A stretch of 64,000 bases of DNA from Malacoraja senta (lineage: Eukaryota): NCBI GenBank assembly GCA_038087875.1, contig CM075988.1:4898001-4962000 (forward strand), written 5' to 3'. Shown piece after piece: positions 25,715-38,449 of the stretch. The position numbers and the translations under genes are program-made. Position 1 is the stretch's first letter. The number at the start of each line of letters is the position of its first letter. The notes beneath the pieces are model-generated. The model did no database searches. It was not told where the DNA came from and saw only the letters and a list, made by a program, of their open reading frames with translations.

Positions 25715-26950
25715 ACGGTGGCACAGCTGGTAGACCTGCTGCCTCACAGCGCCAGAGACCCAGGTTCGATCCTGACCTCGGGTGCTGTCAGTGTGGAGGT
25801 TCCATGTTCTCCACGTGACATGCTGCCAGGGGTGGTGGTGGAGGCAGATACAATAATATTATTTAAGAGGCTTTTAGATAGGTGTATGGATCTACCGGGA
25901 ATGGAGGGACATGGATCATGTGCAGGCAGAGGAGATTAGTTTAACTTGGCATCATGTTCGGCACGGACATTGTGGGCCGAAGGGCCTGTTCCTGTGCTGC
26001 ACTGTGCTATGTTCTAAGTGTTATAACGAAAGCTATACAAAGAATACATCATGACCTCTCTCCACAGGCACTGATTCCCAGAACTGTGTTCCAGCATACT
26101 CCATTTTGTGTGGAGAGACAATTAAAATTATAACAGAATTTGAAAATAATGGGAAACTGTTATGAGCAAAGGAGGTCCAATGATCACAGAAATCTGATTT
26201 AAGATAATGGTAACGAACAGGGGGCAAATGAGGAGAGATTAGAGGCAGCGAGTTGTGACTTGGGTGGGGAATAAGTTCCTCGACATGCTCTATTTTCCTC
26301 TCATGTCCCAAAGCCACGCAGGTTTGCGGTTTAATTGACCCCTTTGTAACTACCCCCCCCCCCCCCCACCATGTGGAAGGGAACTGATGCCAAAGTGGGA
26401 TAACATGGAACGAGTGTGTGAGTCTGAAGAAGGGTCTTGGCCCGAAACATATGCTGAGTTACTCCAGCTTTTTGTGCCTACCTTCTGTAAACGGGTGATC
26501 GTAGCAGGCACCTTTCGATTAATACAACCAATCTATCAATAGTTCAGGTTAACTAATAAAAACGCAGGCCGGCGCAAATGCTGAAAACATAATACCACTG
26601 AAGTATAGAGCAGATATGGAGGCCATTTGTTCCAATGTGGCTGTGCTGGGAGTTGCAAAGAGCAATTACTCCACAGTCATCCCTCCACAGTTTTCTGATT
26701 ACATTGTCAATATTTTTCTTATTACATCTAATTCCCTTTAAAATGTTACAATTGAACTTATCCCCACTCAAGTCACAACTCAGTGCCTCGAATTATTTCT
26801 CTTCATCTGCCCCCCCCCCTCCCCCGGTCCTTTGCCATTATCTTAAATTAATTTTCTGTGATCATTGGACCTTCTGTGTTGGAAACAGCTTCCCCTTATT
26901 TTCATTTTACGACCCGTTGTAATTTTAATCATCCCTCCACACAAAAATGC

Positions 26951-27283
26951 TAGATGCAGGAAAAATGTTCCCGATGTTGGGGGTGATCCAGGGTCACAGT
27001 TTAAAAATAAGGAGGGGGTAGGTCATTTAGGACTGAAACGAGGAAAAACTTTTTCACCCAGAGAGTCGTGAATCTGTGGAATTCTCTGCCACAAAAGGCA
27101 GTGGAGGCCAATTCATCGGATGCTTTCAAGTTAGATTTAGCTCTTAAGGCTAAGGGAATCAAGGGATATGGGGAAGAAGCAGGAACGAGGTACTGATTTT
27201 AGATGATCAACCATGATCGCATTGAATGGCGGTGCTGGTTCGACGGGCCGAATGGCCTACTTTTTTTCTATGTTTCCATGTTT
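26951..27283 (+). mobile_element. CR1 3' fragment with 15-bp TSD
   Basis: TSD tccacacaaaaatgc at 26936-26950 and 27284-27298; RVVNLWNSLP coding end and CR1 3' UTR. Confidence 0.88.
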
Positions 27284-27421
27284 TCCACACAAAAATGCAG
27301 TATGCTGGAACACGGTTCCAGGAGCCAGTGTGTGTCCAGAGAGGTCATGATGTATTCTTTGCCTAGCTTTTGTTATAACATGTAGAACATAGAACAGTGC
27401 AGCATAGAAACAGGCCTTTCA

Positions 27422-28464
27422 GTAGCAATGTTACAAAATTTTGATATTTTAAAAATCAAGTCTGTAATTTATCCCATCAGATAAAGCATAAAAAGACATT
27501 TAGTTTGACACCTAATTCACTTTCATATCTTCAGTATTAAAAATGTTATGGCCATTTTCATACTCGGAAATTAGTATCTTGTTCCCTATTGCTTTTCCAT
27601 TGACTTAACACAAAAGCTGTGATCGAGGACAGTCAAAAGCCCATAACTTTCTTAAAAATTAAGAGAACTGAAAGAAATTTTCAGTTATTATAGATTGAAG
27701 CATTCTGAAACAAATATGAAACAATCTTACTTAGATGACATGAAATTAAAGCATATAATTAGTTAGTTACCTAATTGTAGCTAATTACAAAATTCAATTA
27801 CTAGATCTAAACATCTATCAATTTCTTAAGAATAGATTAACATTTTTAAATAGCCTAAGTGTCCAAATAACATTCACACAAGAATTCACAATATAACATA
27901 ATTTTTAAATCTCATTGTCATGCATTTACAGGCCAAATGGATGGAAATTAATGTTTAATACCTGTAAATTAATGGGCATTTAAATCATCTTGCGAGTGGG
28001 TTTTTCTGGAACATGATCATTTGGAACGTTGATTTGCAGTGAATTTAACTCCGTATCGGCATGAAAAATTCTGCCGTTAGTTCAGGGAAAAGAATCACCG
28101 TTTCGCATTTAAAAATGTGAATTAAAGGCCTCTTAAGAAGCACTTTTATAATAAAATAAACTGCTTTCGTTTACCTGTCCCGTGCATGAAATCCGTCCCC
28201 GTTGTCGGCGTTGACGGCTTTCGAAGCTGATTTTAAAATAATTCCAGCGCTGAACTTGTCGATCGAATAAAAATAAAAAATACTCAAAACGCCCGTTGGA
28301 ACGATTTTTCAGCAAAAGCTGGCACTCCAACGAAATATAATTCATGACAAGGTAGGAGAAACCCGCGTTTTAACCCCACCCCCCACTCAAAGGCACCAAA
28401 ATCGCGCACGCGGCCAGTGGCAGAATTGCAGCGCCGCTGAAGCTAAGTATTGTAACATACCTAC
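27422..28464. mobile_element. Non-autonomous DNA transposon, superfamily unresolved
   Basis: Imperfect ~20-bp TIR gtagcaatgttacaaaattt / aagtattgtaacatacctac; splits a CR1 3' UTR and duplicates (c)cttca(g). Confidence 0.75.
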
Positions 28465-29099
28465 CTTCAGCCCACAATGTCCAGGTCGAACATGATGCCA
28501 AGTTAATCTAATCTCCTCTGCCTACACGTGATCTATGTCCCTCCAATCCCTGTATATCCATGTGCCTATCTAAAAGCTCTTAAACACCATTATCCTATCT
28601 GTGTAGGAAGGAACTGCAGATGCTGGTCTACACCGAAGATAAACACAAAATGCTGGAGTAACTCAGAGCGGACAAGCAGCATCTCTGGATAGAAGGAATG
28701 GGTGAGGTTTCGGGTCAAGACCATTCTTCAGACAAAGAGTCAGGGGAAAGGAAGACACAAAGATATGGAGGGGTAGGGTGTGAAAATGAGACATCAAATG
28801 AGATATGATTCAAGGAAAAAGTGGAATAGATCTTTGTTAGCTAAGAGAAGGTGAAAATGACGCACGCAGAGATACATTTTAATCAGGGGACAGTCCAACT
28901 GGTCAGAGAACTAGGAAGGGGGTGGGATGGAGAGAGTGAGAAAGTACAGGTTACTTTAAGTTAGAGAAGTCAATATTTATACCACTGAGGTGTAAGCTGC
29001 CTAAGCAAAATATGAGGTGCTGTTCCTCCAATCTGCTTTTGGATAAGGGGGAACACTTTCGTGTTCTTTTTCTCGGTCTGCACAAAACTTGAGAGTCTT

Positions 29100-30318
29100 A
29101 CATAGATACATAGAACATAGGTGCAGGAGTAGGCCATTCGGCCCTTCGAGCCTGCACCGCCATTCAATACGATCATGGCTGATCATCCAACTCAGTATCC
29201 CGTACCTGCCTTCTCTCCATACCCCCTGATCCCTTTAGCCACAAGGGCCACATCTAACTCCCTCTTAAATATAGCCAATGAACTGGCCTCAACTACCCTC
29301 TGTGGCAGAGAGTTCCAGAGATTCACCACTCTCTGTGTGAAAAAGTTTTTCCTCATCTCGGTCTTAAAGGATTTTCCCCTTATCCTTAAGCTGTGACCCC
29401 TTGTCCTGGACTTCCCCAACATCGGGAACAATCTTCCTGCATCTAGCCTGTCCAACCCCATAAGAATTTTGTACATTTCTATAAGATCCCCTCTCAATCT
29501 CCTAAATTCTAGCGGGTATAAGCCAAGTCTATCCAGTCTTTCTTCATATGAAAGTCCTGACATCCCAGGAATCAGTCTGGTGAACCTTCTCTGCACTCCC
29601 TCTATGGCTATAATGTCCTTCCTCAGATTTGGAGACCAAAACTGTACGCAATACTCCAGGTGTGGTCTCACCAAGACCCTGTACAACTGCAGTAGAACCT
29701 CCCTGCTCCTATACTCAAATCCTCTTGCTATGAAGGCCAACATACCATTCGCTTTCTTCACTGCCTGCTACACCTGCATGCCTACTTTCAATGACTGGTG
29801 TACCATGACACCCAGGTCTCGCTGCATCTCCCCATTTCCTAATCGGCCACCATTTAGATAATAGTCTGCCTTCCCGTTTTTGCCACCAAAGTGGATAACC
29901 TCACATTTATCCACATTATACTGCATCTGCCAAACATTTGCCCACTCACCCTGCCTATCCAAGTCACCTTGCAGTCTCCTAGCATCCTCCTCACAGCTAA
30001 CACTGCCCCCCAGCTTAGTGTTATCCGCAAACTTGGAGATGTTGCTTTCAATTCCCTCGTCCAGATCATTAATATAAATTGTAAATAGCTGGGGTCCCAG
30101 CACTGAGCCTTGCGGTACCCCACTAGTCACTACCTGCCATTGTGAAAAGGACCCGTTTACTCCTACTCTTTGCTTCCTGTTTGCCAGCCAGTTCTCTATC
30201 CACATCAATACTGAACCCCCAATCCCGTGTGATTTAAGTTTGTATCCTAATCTCTTATGTGGTACCTTGTCGAAAGCCTTCTGAAAGTCCAGATACAACA
30301 CATCCACTGGTTCTCCCC
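29100..30318 (-). mobile_element. CR1 LINE, 5'-truncated, near-intact RT frame, inserted in the Gypsy LTR
   Basis: ORFs 29768-30307 ([31 protein letters not shown]) and 29192-29761 are in the same frame, separated by a single stop. Confidence 0.95.
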
Positions 30319-32276
30319 TTCAAGGTACAACAGAAGTCTTTATTACATTACTCAATGCTGGCAGCAAGACAACTCAAAATGGCTGCGCACACACACACAC
30401 ACACATAGACAGGAGAAAACTATATACAAAACATCTCCCTTTGTCCTGTGCAGCACCACCTGCTGCATGGGAGGAGCAACGGGTCCCCGCAACGGGTCTC
30501 CGAACCCACACAGTCCACCAAACATTACATTCCCCCTTTCCAGTTTGAACTTCTCTATTTTGGACCTCGCTTCACTCTTTTCCAGCCTTTTTTTGCGTTT
30601 CACAACTCTTGCTAAAGGCTCACAATCAACAGAGTTTTCCTCGGTGTTTTCTTTTGAAGAGATATCAGTATTTGCTTTATCAGTATGCTGTTCATTCTCC
30701 ACTTGACTGTAGTTTTTCTCGGCGATCGTCAACGTTTTGGATGTGAACGCGATTGGTTCTTCCTTGCCGTTCGGCGCCATTTGTGAGATTACAGCTCCAA
30801 GACCAGACGGCAATGCATCGGCGGCCAGCGAGATCGGCTTCGATGGGTCATAGTGGACCAAACGCGTCTTCTGGGCGAGCATCTCCTTCAACCTGTTGAA
30901 TGCATGGTCACACTCTTTGGATCAGTGCCATTCGACGTCCTGTTTTCGCAGGTTGTTCACGCACTTGCTGACCATGTTGCAATCCGTGGTCGATGACAAT
31001 GCCATAGTTGATCCGTCGTAGATCAAGGCGTTCATGTCAAGCTTGAAAGCATGGATCCAGTCGATGTGGCACAGGGATGTGCCTTCTTTACCAACGACGA
31101 TCAGCGGCAACATCTGTGTCAGACCATTACAGGAAACGGCGACAGTGCATTTGCCTTTCGTGAGAATGGGCTGTCGTCCGTATCTGAAAATCGGATGTTG
31201 GCCGGTTTCAGTTTGGGCGATCCGATCCTCTCCCAGATGTCCTGACCCACTAGCGACACAGCCACACCAGTGTCCACCTGGAACTATAGATCAACGTTCG
31301 AGACCCGCAGCGAAATTCTCGTATTGTCGGTGATCGTAGACACACCGAGCACTTCAATAGGAATAGTCCGCGATTTGGTCGACTGTGTTTTGCGATTTCT
31401 TGCCCTTTCTCAGCTTTCCTACGGATTGGCACACTGCCTGGAGATGACCTTTTTGGTAACAGGCATAACATAACGGACTTGATATACGGGCACTCACGGT
31501 GATGATGAGCAGTCGAGCCGCACCGGTAGCAGGGTTTCGATCCTCCCCCCACAGGGGGACGGCACTTCTGAAACTGTCCCACCTTCTCCGGATTTGGTCT
31601 GGGTCGATCAACTGGTTTCTGGCGTTGCGGACGAGTCTGACGAACTGTATACACCTCCTGAGGGAGCTTCGACGCTGTTTCGCCGGCCATTTTGTGCAGT
31701 TCTTTACTCAACAGCTTGGCCATCTTAGCACACTGCAACATATTCTTCAGTGAGGCATCTGATTCCTTGCAAATGCGTGCCTGCAACCCATGACTAGTCT
31801 ATCCCGCAACGCATTGTCTTGCCACTTTTCGCAGCACTGAGTTTTTAAATCACATACCTTTGCCTTGGTGCGAAGTTCGGCAAGAAATTCGGTAATCGAT
31901 TGCCCTTCCTGTTGCACCATCCTGTAGAAATCAGGGCTTAGCTGCGAGGAAATTTAGACTTTCTTCGAAATGCAGCTACAAAGCCGTTGTGATTTCAGCA
32001 TATGAGGCTTCAGTTACTTCTTCTGTAAGTTAATTTTGAAGCAGTGCAAAAGTTTCTGGAGACACTGATGAACACAAGAGAGCCTTCTTCCTCTGGTCAG
32101 TCGTAATTGCCATACTTTCAAAATAAAATTCAGCTCGCATTAAATACGACGACCACCTTTCTCGCTCGGGATCGAAACGATCGAATTGCCGAGACATGTT
32201 AGTTTGAGTACAATACAGAACCCCCCCCCCAAAAAAAGTTTTAAAAAAATAAAAAACAGGCTCTTATCTAGGTCTT

Positions 32277-32458
32277 AAAGAAGGAACTGCAGATGCTGGA
32301 AAATCGAAGGTACACAAAAATGCTGGAGAAACTCAGCGGGTGCGGCAGCATCTATGGAGCGAAGGAAATAGGCAACGTTTCGTCCCGAAACGTTGCCTAT
32401 TTCCTTCGCTCCATAGATGCTGCTGCACCCGCTGAGTTTCTCCAGCATTTTTGTGTAC
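32277..32458. mobile_element. Penelope-derived fold-back insertion with 16-bp TSD
   Basis: 75-bp arms 32308-32382 and 32386-32460; TSD ctcttatctaggtctt at 32261-32276 and 32459-32474. Confidence 0.92.
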
Positions 32459-34134
32459 CTCTTATCTAGGTCTTTGGACGCAAATCAAAGTATCCCAGTC
32501 CTGACACCACTTTCGTGTTCTTTTCCTAGGTCTGCACAAAACTTGAGAATCTTCAAGGTACAACAGAAGTTTTTATTACATTACCCAGTGCTGGCAGCAA
32601 GACATCTCAAAATTGGCTACACACATATAGACAGGAGAAAATTATATACAAAACATCTCACTTTGTCCTGTTCAGCGCCACCTGCTGCATGGGAGGATCA
32701 ACGGGTCCTCTCACTCCACACAGTCCACCAAACATCACACTCACCCTGACAGTGGCGGAGGCCCAGGACAGAAAGATCATGTGGGAATGGGAAGGAAATT
32801 AAAGTGTTCAGCAACCAGGAGATCAGGTAGGTTTAGGCGGACTGAGCGGAGATAATAGATAGGCAGATCTATCGTCTCAGCCTCCACTACCACTCCTGGC
32901 AGCGATTTCCAGGCATCCACCACCCTCTGTAAAAACTTGTTACGCACATCACCCTTCAACTTTGCCCCTCTCACCTTAAAGATAGTGTGTGTCCTTTAGT
33001 CCTTGACATTTCCATCTGGGAAAAAAGGTTCTGACTGTCAATGCCTCTCATCATTTTATATACTTCTATGAATCTCCCCCCCCCCCCCCCAATATCTCTG
33101 ACGTTCCAGAGAAAGCGATCCATGTTATGATTAAGTAAGAGATTACAAACCCAATAACTGGCTGGAGATTGCTCTGCTGACCCATTTTTTTTTTGTAAAT
33201 TACTTGGAACATGTTATTGTAAACTAGAAACATTTGTTGTCATCTTAACACCCGTAGTAATCATCTTACAATTATGTGATTAATTTTGGAGGAGCTTTGT
33301 GTCTTCTGTGTGAAAACCCCCCACAACATTTCCAAAAGATCTTTCAGTAAAGTTAATGCCCATAATAATAATTTAACTGGAATGTGGGAATATTGAAAAA
33401 AAATCACCTCAACTTGGAGGAACAGCACCTCATATTTCACTTGCGCAGCTAACACCCCAGCGGTATGAGTGTTGAATTCTCTAACTACAGGTAGCCCTTG
33501 CTTGCCCTCTTTCTCCATCCCTCACCCTTCCTAGTTCTCCTCCCAGTTTTTTGTACAATTGCTTCCATTAGAATAAATATATTTTTTTAAAGAGTGGGTA
33601 AAGAGGTGATATGGGCCAAATGCAGGCAGGTGGGACTAGTGAAGATGGTGCATCTTAGTCAGCATGGGCAAGTTGGGCGAATGGATCTGTGGTCTTGTTG
33701 TATCACTATGACTGAGATGTGTCTTTCTGGCCAACCTCATCCATGTTGCCTTGATGCTGATCTATATTAATCCCATTTGCCTGCATGAGGGTCAAAATCC
33801 TTCTACATCTTTCCTTTCCAAGAAACTTTTCAAATGCCTTTTAAGCATTGTAATTGCAGCTGCCTCTGGTAGCTTGCTTCAGATATCCACTATCCTCTCT
33901 GTGGAAAAACCTATCGCGCAGATCTCCTTTAGCTTTCTCCCCACTCACTTTAAAACTGAGTCCTCTAGTTCTGGGCTCTGTCACCCTGGGGAAAAGATTA
34001 AGACTATCAATCTTATCTATCTGCCTCATCATTTTGTAAAACTCTCTGAGGTCACTTCTCAGCCTCTTACTTCCCATGTAGTTGTGGGAGCATCTTCGCC
34101 AGATGGACTGCAACTGGTTAATAGATTAGCTCAC

Positions 34135-34440
34135 TTTAGTTAAATTTAGAGATGCAGCATGGGAACAGGCCCTTCGGCCCACCAACTCTACCCTGACTGG
34201 CGATCCCCGCACATTAACAAAATTCTATATACACCAGGGACAATATACATTTGTTCCAAGCCAATTAACCTGCAAACCTGTATGTCTTTTGGTGTGTGGG
34301 AGGAAACTGGAGCACCCAGAGAAAACCCACGTGGTCACAGGAAGAACGTACAACTCCATATAGACAGCACCCGTAGTGACGATCGAACCCAAATCTCTAG
34401 CGCTGTGAGTCAGCAACTCTACCGCTGCGCCACCATGCCA
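34135..34440 (-). mobile_element. tRNA-derived SINE (HE1/V-SINE-like)
   Basis: Family consensus with A-box, B-box (ggttcgatc) and ctaaa tail. Confidence 0.83.
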
Positions 34441-34892
34441 CCCTTGTTTAATAGCTCGCCACCATTTTCCTCAAGGGATGGGCAATAAATGCTGGCCTTG
34501 CTGGTAAAGCCCAGATGCCAAAAGTAAAAAAATTCAAAAGATAATTTCACACTTGTTTAATCTCTAAACTGTAAACTGTAAACTTCTCTCGCCAGCAACC
34601 AGCTGTAACTCTGCATTTGGGCAAAACTCAGCTCACTGATCAATCAAAAGAGTCAGCCCACATCTGGCTGAACAGCTGATCAAACTGCCCGCAGGATTCT
34701 TTAATGATGCATTATTTGTCACAGTGAAATTCGTTATGCATATTTACACATGTTTTGCGCCATTCCCACAGTCGACAGTCCAGTCCGCCCGCACGCTCAG
34801 TCTACTGGAGCGGTTCCTGATCCAGATAAGCCCCAGGCTCCTGCAGGGCCTTCCTTCGTCACCTTAGACCCGAATCGGCCCGTGATCCAACG

Positions 34893-35220
34893 TCCCTCTC
34901 CTCCCCTCTCCCTTCTTCTCCCTTCCTCTCCCTTCCTCTCCCCTCCTCTCCCCATCCTCTCCTCTCCTCTCCCCCATCCTCTCCCCTCCTCTCCCTTCCT
35001 CTCCCCTCCTCTCCCCATCCTCTCCTCTCCTCTCCCCATCCTCTCCCCTCCTCTCCCTTCCTCTCCCCTCCTCTCCTCCCCTCTCCCATCCTCTCCCCTC
35101 CTCTCCCTTCCTCTCCCCTCCTCTCCCCATCCTCTCCTCTCCTCTCCCCATCCTCTCCCCTCCTCTCCCTTCCTCTCCCCTCCACTCCCCGCCTCTCCTC
35201 TCCTCTCCTCTCCCCCCCCG
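34893..35220. repeat. Polypyrimidine/polypurine simple repeat (cctct/ctccc)
   Basis: ~325 bp almost entirely C/T on the plus strand. Confidence 0.95.
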
Positions 35221-35559
35221 GTTCACCCTCCAACATTTGCTTTTGCTTCTAGCATCCGACATCTCCAGCAGCTCTCGTTACCATGACTGGCTGAGTCTGG
35301 GGCCGGATCCCGATGCCATGGTTCATCGATCCTTCCTTGTACGTTGCCCAGATCTGCCCAAAACCTCTCTTTAATAATGTGTCATTGCTGATTGATACAA
35401 CCTCTTCCTTTTCTAATTGTCTTTTCTGCATCCAGATTATAGACTTTATGTCCATATTGTTTTTGCATGTCTTTCATTCATTTGTTCTGGTGGTGGTGGC
35501 CCATCGTAGACAGTGATAGTATGGATGTGCACACACGTGGGGGGAGTTGGGGGGGGGCG

Positions 35560-35835
35560 GGGGTTTAGGGCTGCAGCCTTCTGCCCGTCTTTGGCACTAG
35601 CGAGTCGACTTTGGCGATTATCTTTGAAACTGCTGACCGCCTTCCTAGTGGTTGTACGGCAGCCAGTCCTGTCACTGACACGGGTTTACAGTTCTTTTGG
35701 GGCTGGGCCTGCGTGCTGGAGGTGGTCCTTGACACAGTCTTTGAACCATTTCTTTGGGCACCCTGGGCTCCTTTGACCCTGTGACAGAACTCCGTACAGG
35801 AGTTGACGAGGCATGTGGGGTTCATTTGTTCTATA
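35560..35835 (-). mobile_element. RTE (BovB-like) LINE C-terminal fragment
   Basis: HMPRQLLYGVLSQGQRSPGCPKKWFKDCVKDHL matches the RTE C-terminal motif. Confidence 0.8.
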
Positions 35836-36226
35836 TCTCTCGATACGATATGATATGGTATGATACAATACGAAATAACTTTATTTATCCCAAGAGGGAA
35901 ATTGATCTGCCAACAGTCATAAAACACAAGATACATGAAACATGGAATTAAAGAGACCAGTAGAAAGGATTGGGTATGGGGGAGAGGGGGAGAGGGGTGG
36001 AGGGGGGGTGTAGTCTACCCCATGACAGAGGTGGGAGGTGTTGTCCAGTTTGATAGCCACAGGGAAGAAAGATCTCCTGTGGCATTCTGTGCTGCATCTT
36101 GGTGGAACCAGTCTGTTGCTGAAGGTGCTCCTCAGGTTGACCAGTGCGTCATGGAGGGGATGAGCTGTATTGTCCAGGATGCTCCGCAGTTTGAGGAGCA
36201 TCGTCCCCTGCAACAACACCTTCCAT
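35836..36226 (-). mobile_element. Rex1/Babar 3' fragment
   Basis: KLRSILDNTAHPLH...RRSFFPVAIKL; AATAAA and (atatc)n tail. Confidence 0.85.
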
Positions 36227-36710
36227 GATCACCTCCCATTATACCAGCATCTGCAGTTCCTTCCTACACATTTTGTCTATATGTCCCTTACTTTGTTTAG
36301 TCCTGCTTCAACAAATTAACACTGACAAGTTGTTCTGATGAAGAATATCTCTGACGTCACAGGCACCTGGAGTTACTCTGCAGAAAATCTGAAGTGACAA
36401 TGCTGCGTAAGAATGGAGAAAGCTCATGGTATTATCATTCCTTTGTTTAAATCTCTTTGAAAGAAAAGGTTTTGCTCTCTGATTCTTCAAGTTTCAGCGT
36501 CTTTTTTTAAAGTTGCTTTAAACAGAAAGCCCTGTGGTGCCTTGTTGTAATTTGATTGTTGTTTTGTCAATTTATGGTCAATGTTAGTTCACCAGGAGTC
36601 AAATAGACTTTTAAATACAGATTTCTGGCAACGATCCCCCAAATAATGCTTCTGAACACTGACTATCACATATAGTGCAGCCTCTCCCTCTCACGCTCTC
36701 ATTTCCTCTC

Positions 36711-36990
36711 TCACATACTCACACACACATGCAAACAAACACACATGCACAATGACACACACTCATATGCACACGTACACATACCCACGCACAGGTGCAC
36801 ACATATACACACACACGCATACACACATGCACATGTACAAATACACACAAGCCAGTGCGCACATATGCTCATATATGAACACGCACACATGCACACGTAC
36901 AAATAATCATACACAAGTGCACACATATGTACACACTCACACACATGCAAACATAAAAATATATACACACAAGTACATACACACACACAC
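36711..36990. repeat. Degenerate (CA)n microsatellite
   Basis: Alternating purine-pyrimidine tract. Confidence 0.92.
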
Positions 36991-37044
36991 GTGATGGTGC
37001 AACGGGTAGTGTTGAGTTTAGTTTTGACCTTGGGTGATGTTTAA

Positions 37045-37340
37045 TTTAGTTTAGTTTAGAGATATAGTGCGGAAAACAAACCGTTCGGCCCACCGATTCC
37101 ACACCGACCAGCGATCCCCGCACATTAACGCTATCCTACACACTCTAGGGACGATTTACACTTATACCAAGCCAATTAACCTACAAAGCTGTACGTCTTT
37201 GGAGTGTGGGATGAAACCGAAAACACACGCGGTGATGGGGAGAACCAGCAACTCCTTACAGCCAGCACCCGTAGTAGGGATCGAACCCGGGTCTCCGGCG
37301 CTGTAAGGCAGGAACTCTACCGCTGCACCACCGTGCCACC
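37045..37340 (-). mobile_element. tRNA-derived SINE inserted into an older plus-strand SINE
   Basis: Family consensus; the older SINE body resumes at ~37350-37545. Confidence 0.82.
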
Positions 37341-38449
37341 CCATGCCCTTGTGGAGTTTGCATGATCTCCCTGTGATCGCTTGGGTTTCCTCCGGGTGCT
37401 CCGGTTTCCACCCACATCCCAAAGATGTGCGGGTTTGTAGCTTAGTTGGCCCTTTGTAAAATTGGCCCTAGTGTGCAGGAAGGATGGAAAATTGAGATAA
37501 CATAGAAATAGTGCAAACTGATGATGGATGGTTGACATGAACTTGAATGGCTGTGTCTTTCAATCAACTATTCTCTCTGCCTGGCTCACTTTATGGTCTG
37601 AAGAAGGGTCTTGAACGGAAACGTCACCCATTCCTTCTCTCCAGAGATGCAGCCTGTCCCGCTGAGTTACTCCAGCATTTTGTGTCTATCTTCGGCATCT
37701 GCAGTTCCTTCACACATTTTACTGCTTAACAGTCAGACTTCATTTATTTGTAATTGAATTCCAAGAAAGGGGTGGGATTGATGATGCGGATATCACCAGG
37801 ACCGCAGGTATGAATGTATTCATGCTGCAGTTAGGAATATTTTTGCATCTCACTGTTAGTCATTAGGTGATTATTACAATCTGATGCAGAAACCTGAAAA
37901 TCGGTAGGATTACAGCCTAACAGAATGAACATTGAATCCTCCAATCTTAGGTAACTAATCTACAAACAACCCTCTCCCACCCTCTTGCTCTCCCCCCCCC
38001 CCTCCATTATACTCCCACAGTTCCCTGTGCCCCATCTGGATGCCCCACCCATTTCTCCCCCTCACCCCTCCCCAACCTCCCCCCATCCTCCTCTCCCTGC
38101 CCATCCTCTTCCACCTATATTCCTTCTCTGGCTTCACAGTTCTCACCTCATTTTAGTTTGGTTTAGAGATGCAGGCCCTTCGACCCACCAAGTATGTGCT
38201 GACCAGTGGTCCTCGCACACTAACACTATCCTACACACACTAGGGACAATTTTACGATTTACCAAGCCAATTAGTCTACAAACCTGTACGTCTTAGTAGC
38301 ACGTCATCTATCCTTGTGCCACACTTTTTTGTCTTTTCATCTCTGGCCTGTTTTTACGCTGCATCTTTAAATGCTAAATAAATAAATAAATGCGGGAAAA
38401 ACTGTAGGTCAGGCACCATTTGTGGAAAGAGAAGTAGTTAATGTGTCAG

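Larger units (their letters stand above)
29057..32739 (-). mobile_element. Gypsy-type LTR retrotransposon, internally deleted (RT and integrase core missing)
   Basis: Paired LTRs (32511-32739; 29057-30529 split by CR1); PBS 32492-32509 matches tRNA-Leu(CAG) 17/18; PPT 30530-30541; gag ATG 32197 with CYRCGSTAHHHREC and CYACYQKGHLQAVC; protease FQVDTG; RNase H N-term DA..GLGAVI..PIAF.SKTL..AEKNYSQ. Confidence 0.9.
28601..32853 (-). mobile_element. Penelope-like 3' fragment (28601-29043 + 32740-32853) split by the Gypsy element
   Basis: GIY-YIG C-terminal EEQHLIFCLGSL..GINIDFSN and HFN..PIP segments; terminal repeat at 28601-28732. Confidence 0.75.

Noticed and set aside
34750..35286. Pro/Ser-rich or Gly/Arg/Glu-rich ORFs
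   Set aside because: Products of a stop-free simple repeat.
36352..36359. CRE palindrome TGACGTCA as a regulatory site
   Set aside because: A single 8-mer is expected by chance in 64 kb and there is no supporting promoter context.
36711..36994. Cys/Val or His/Thr-rich ORFs
   Set aside because: Translation of a degenerate CA microsatellite.
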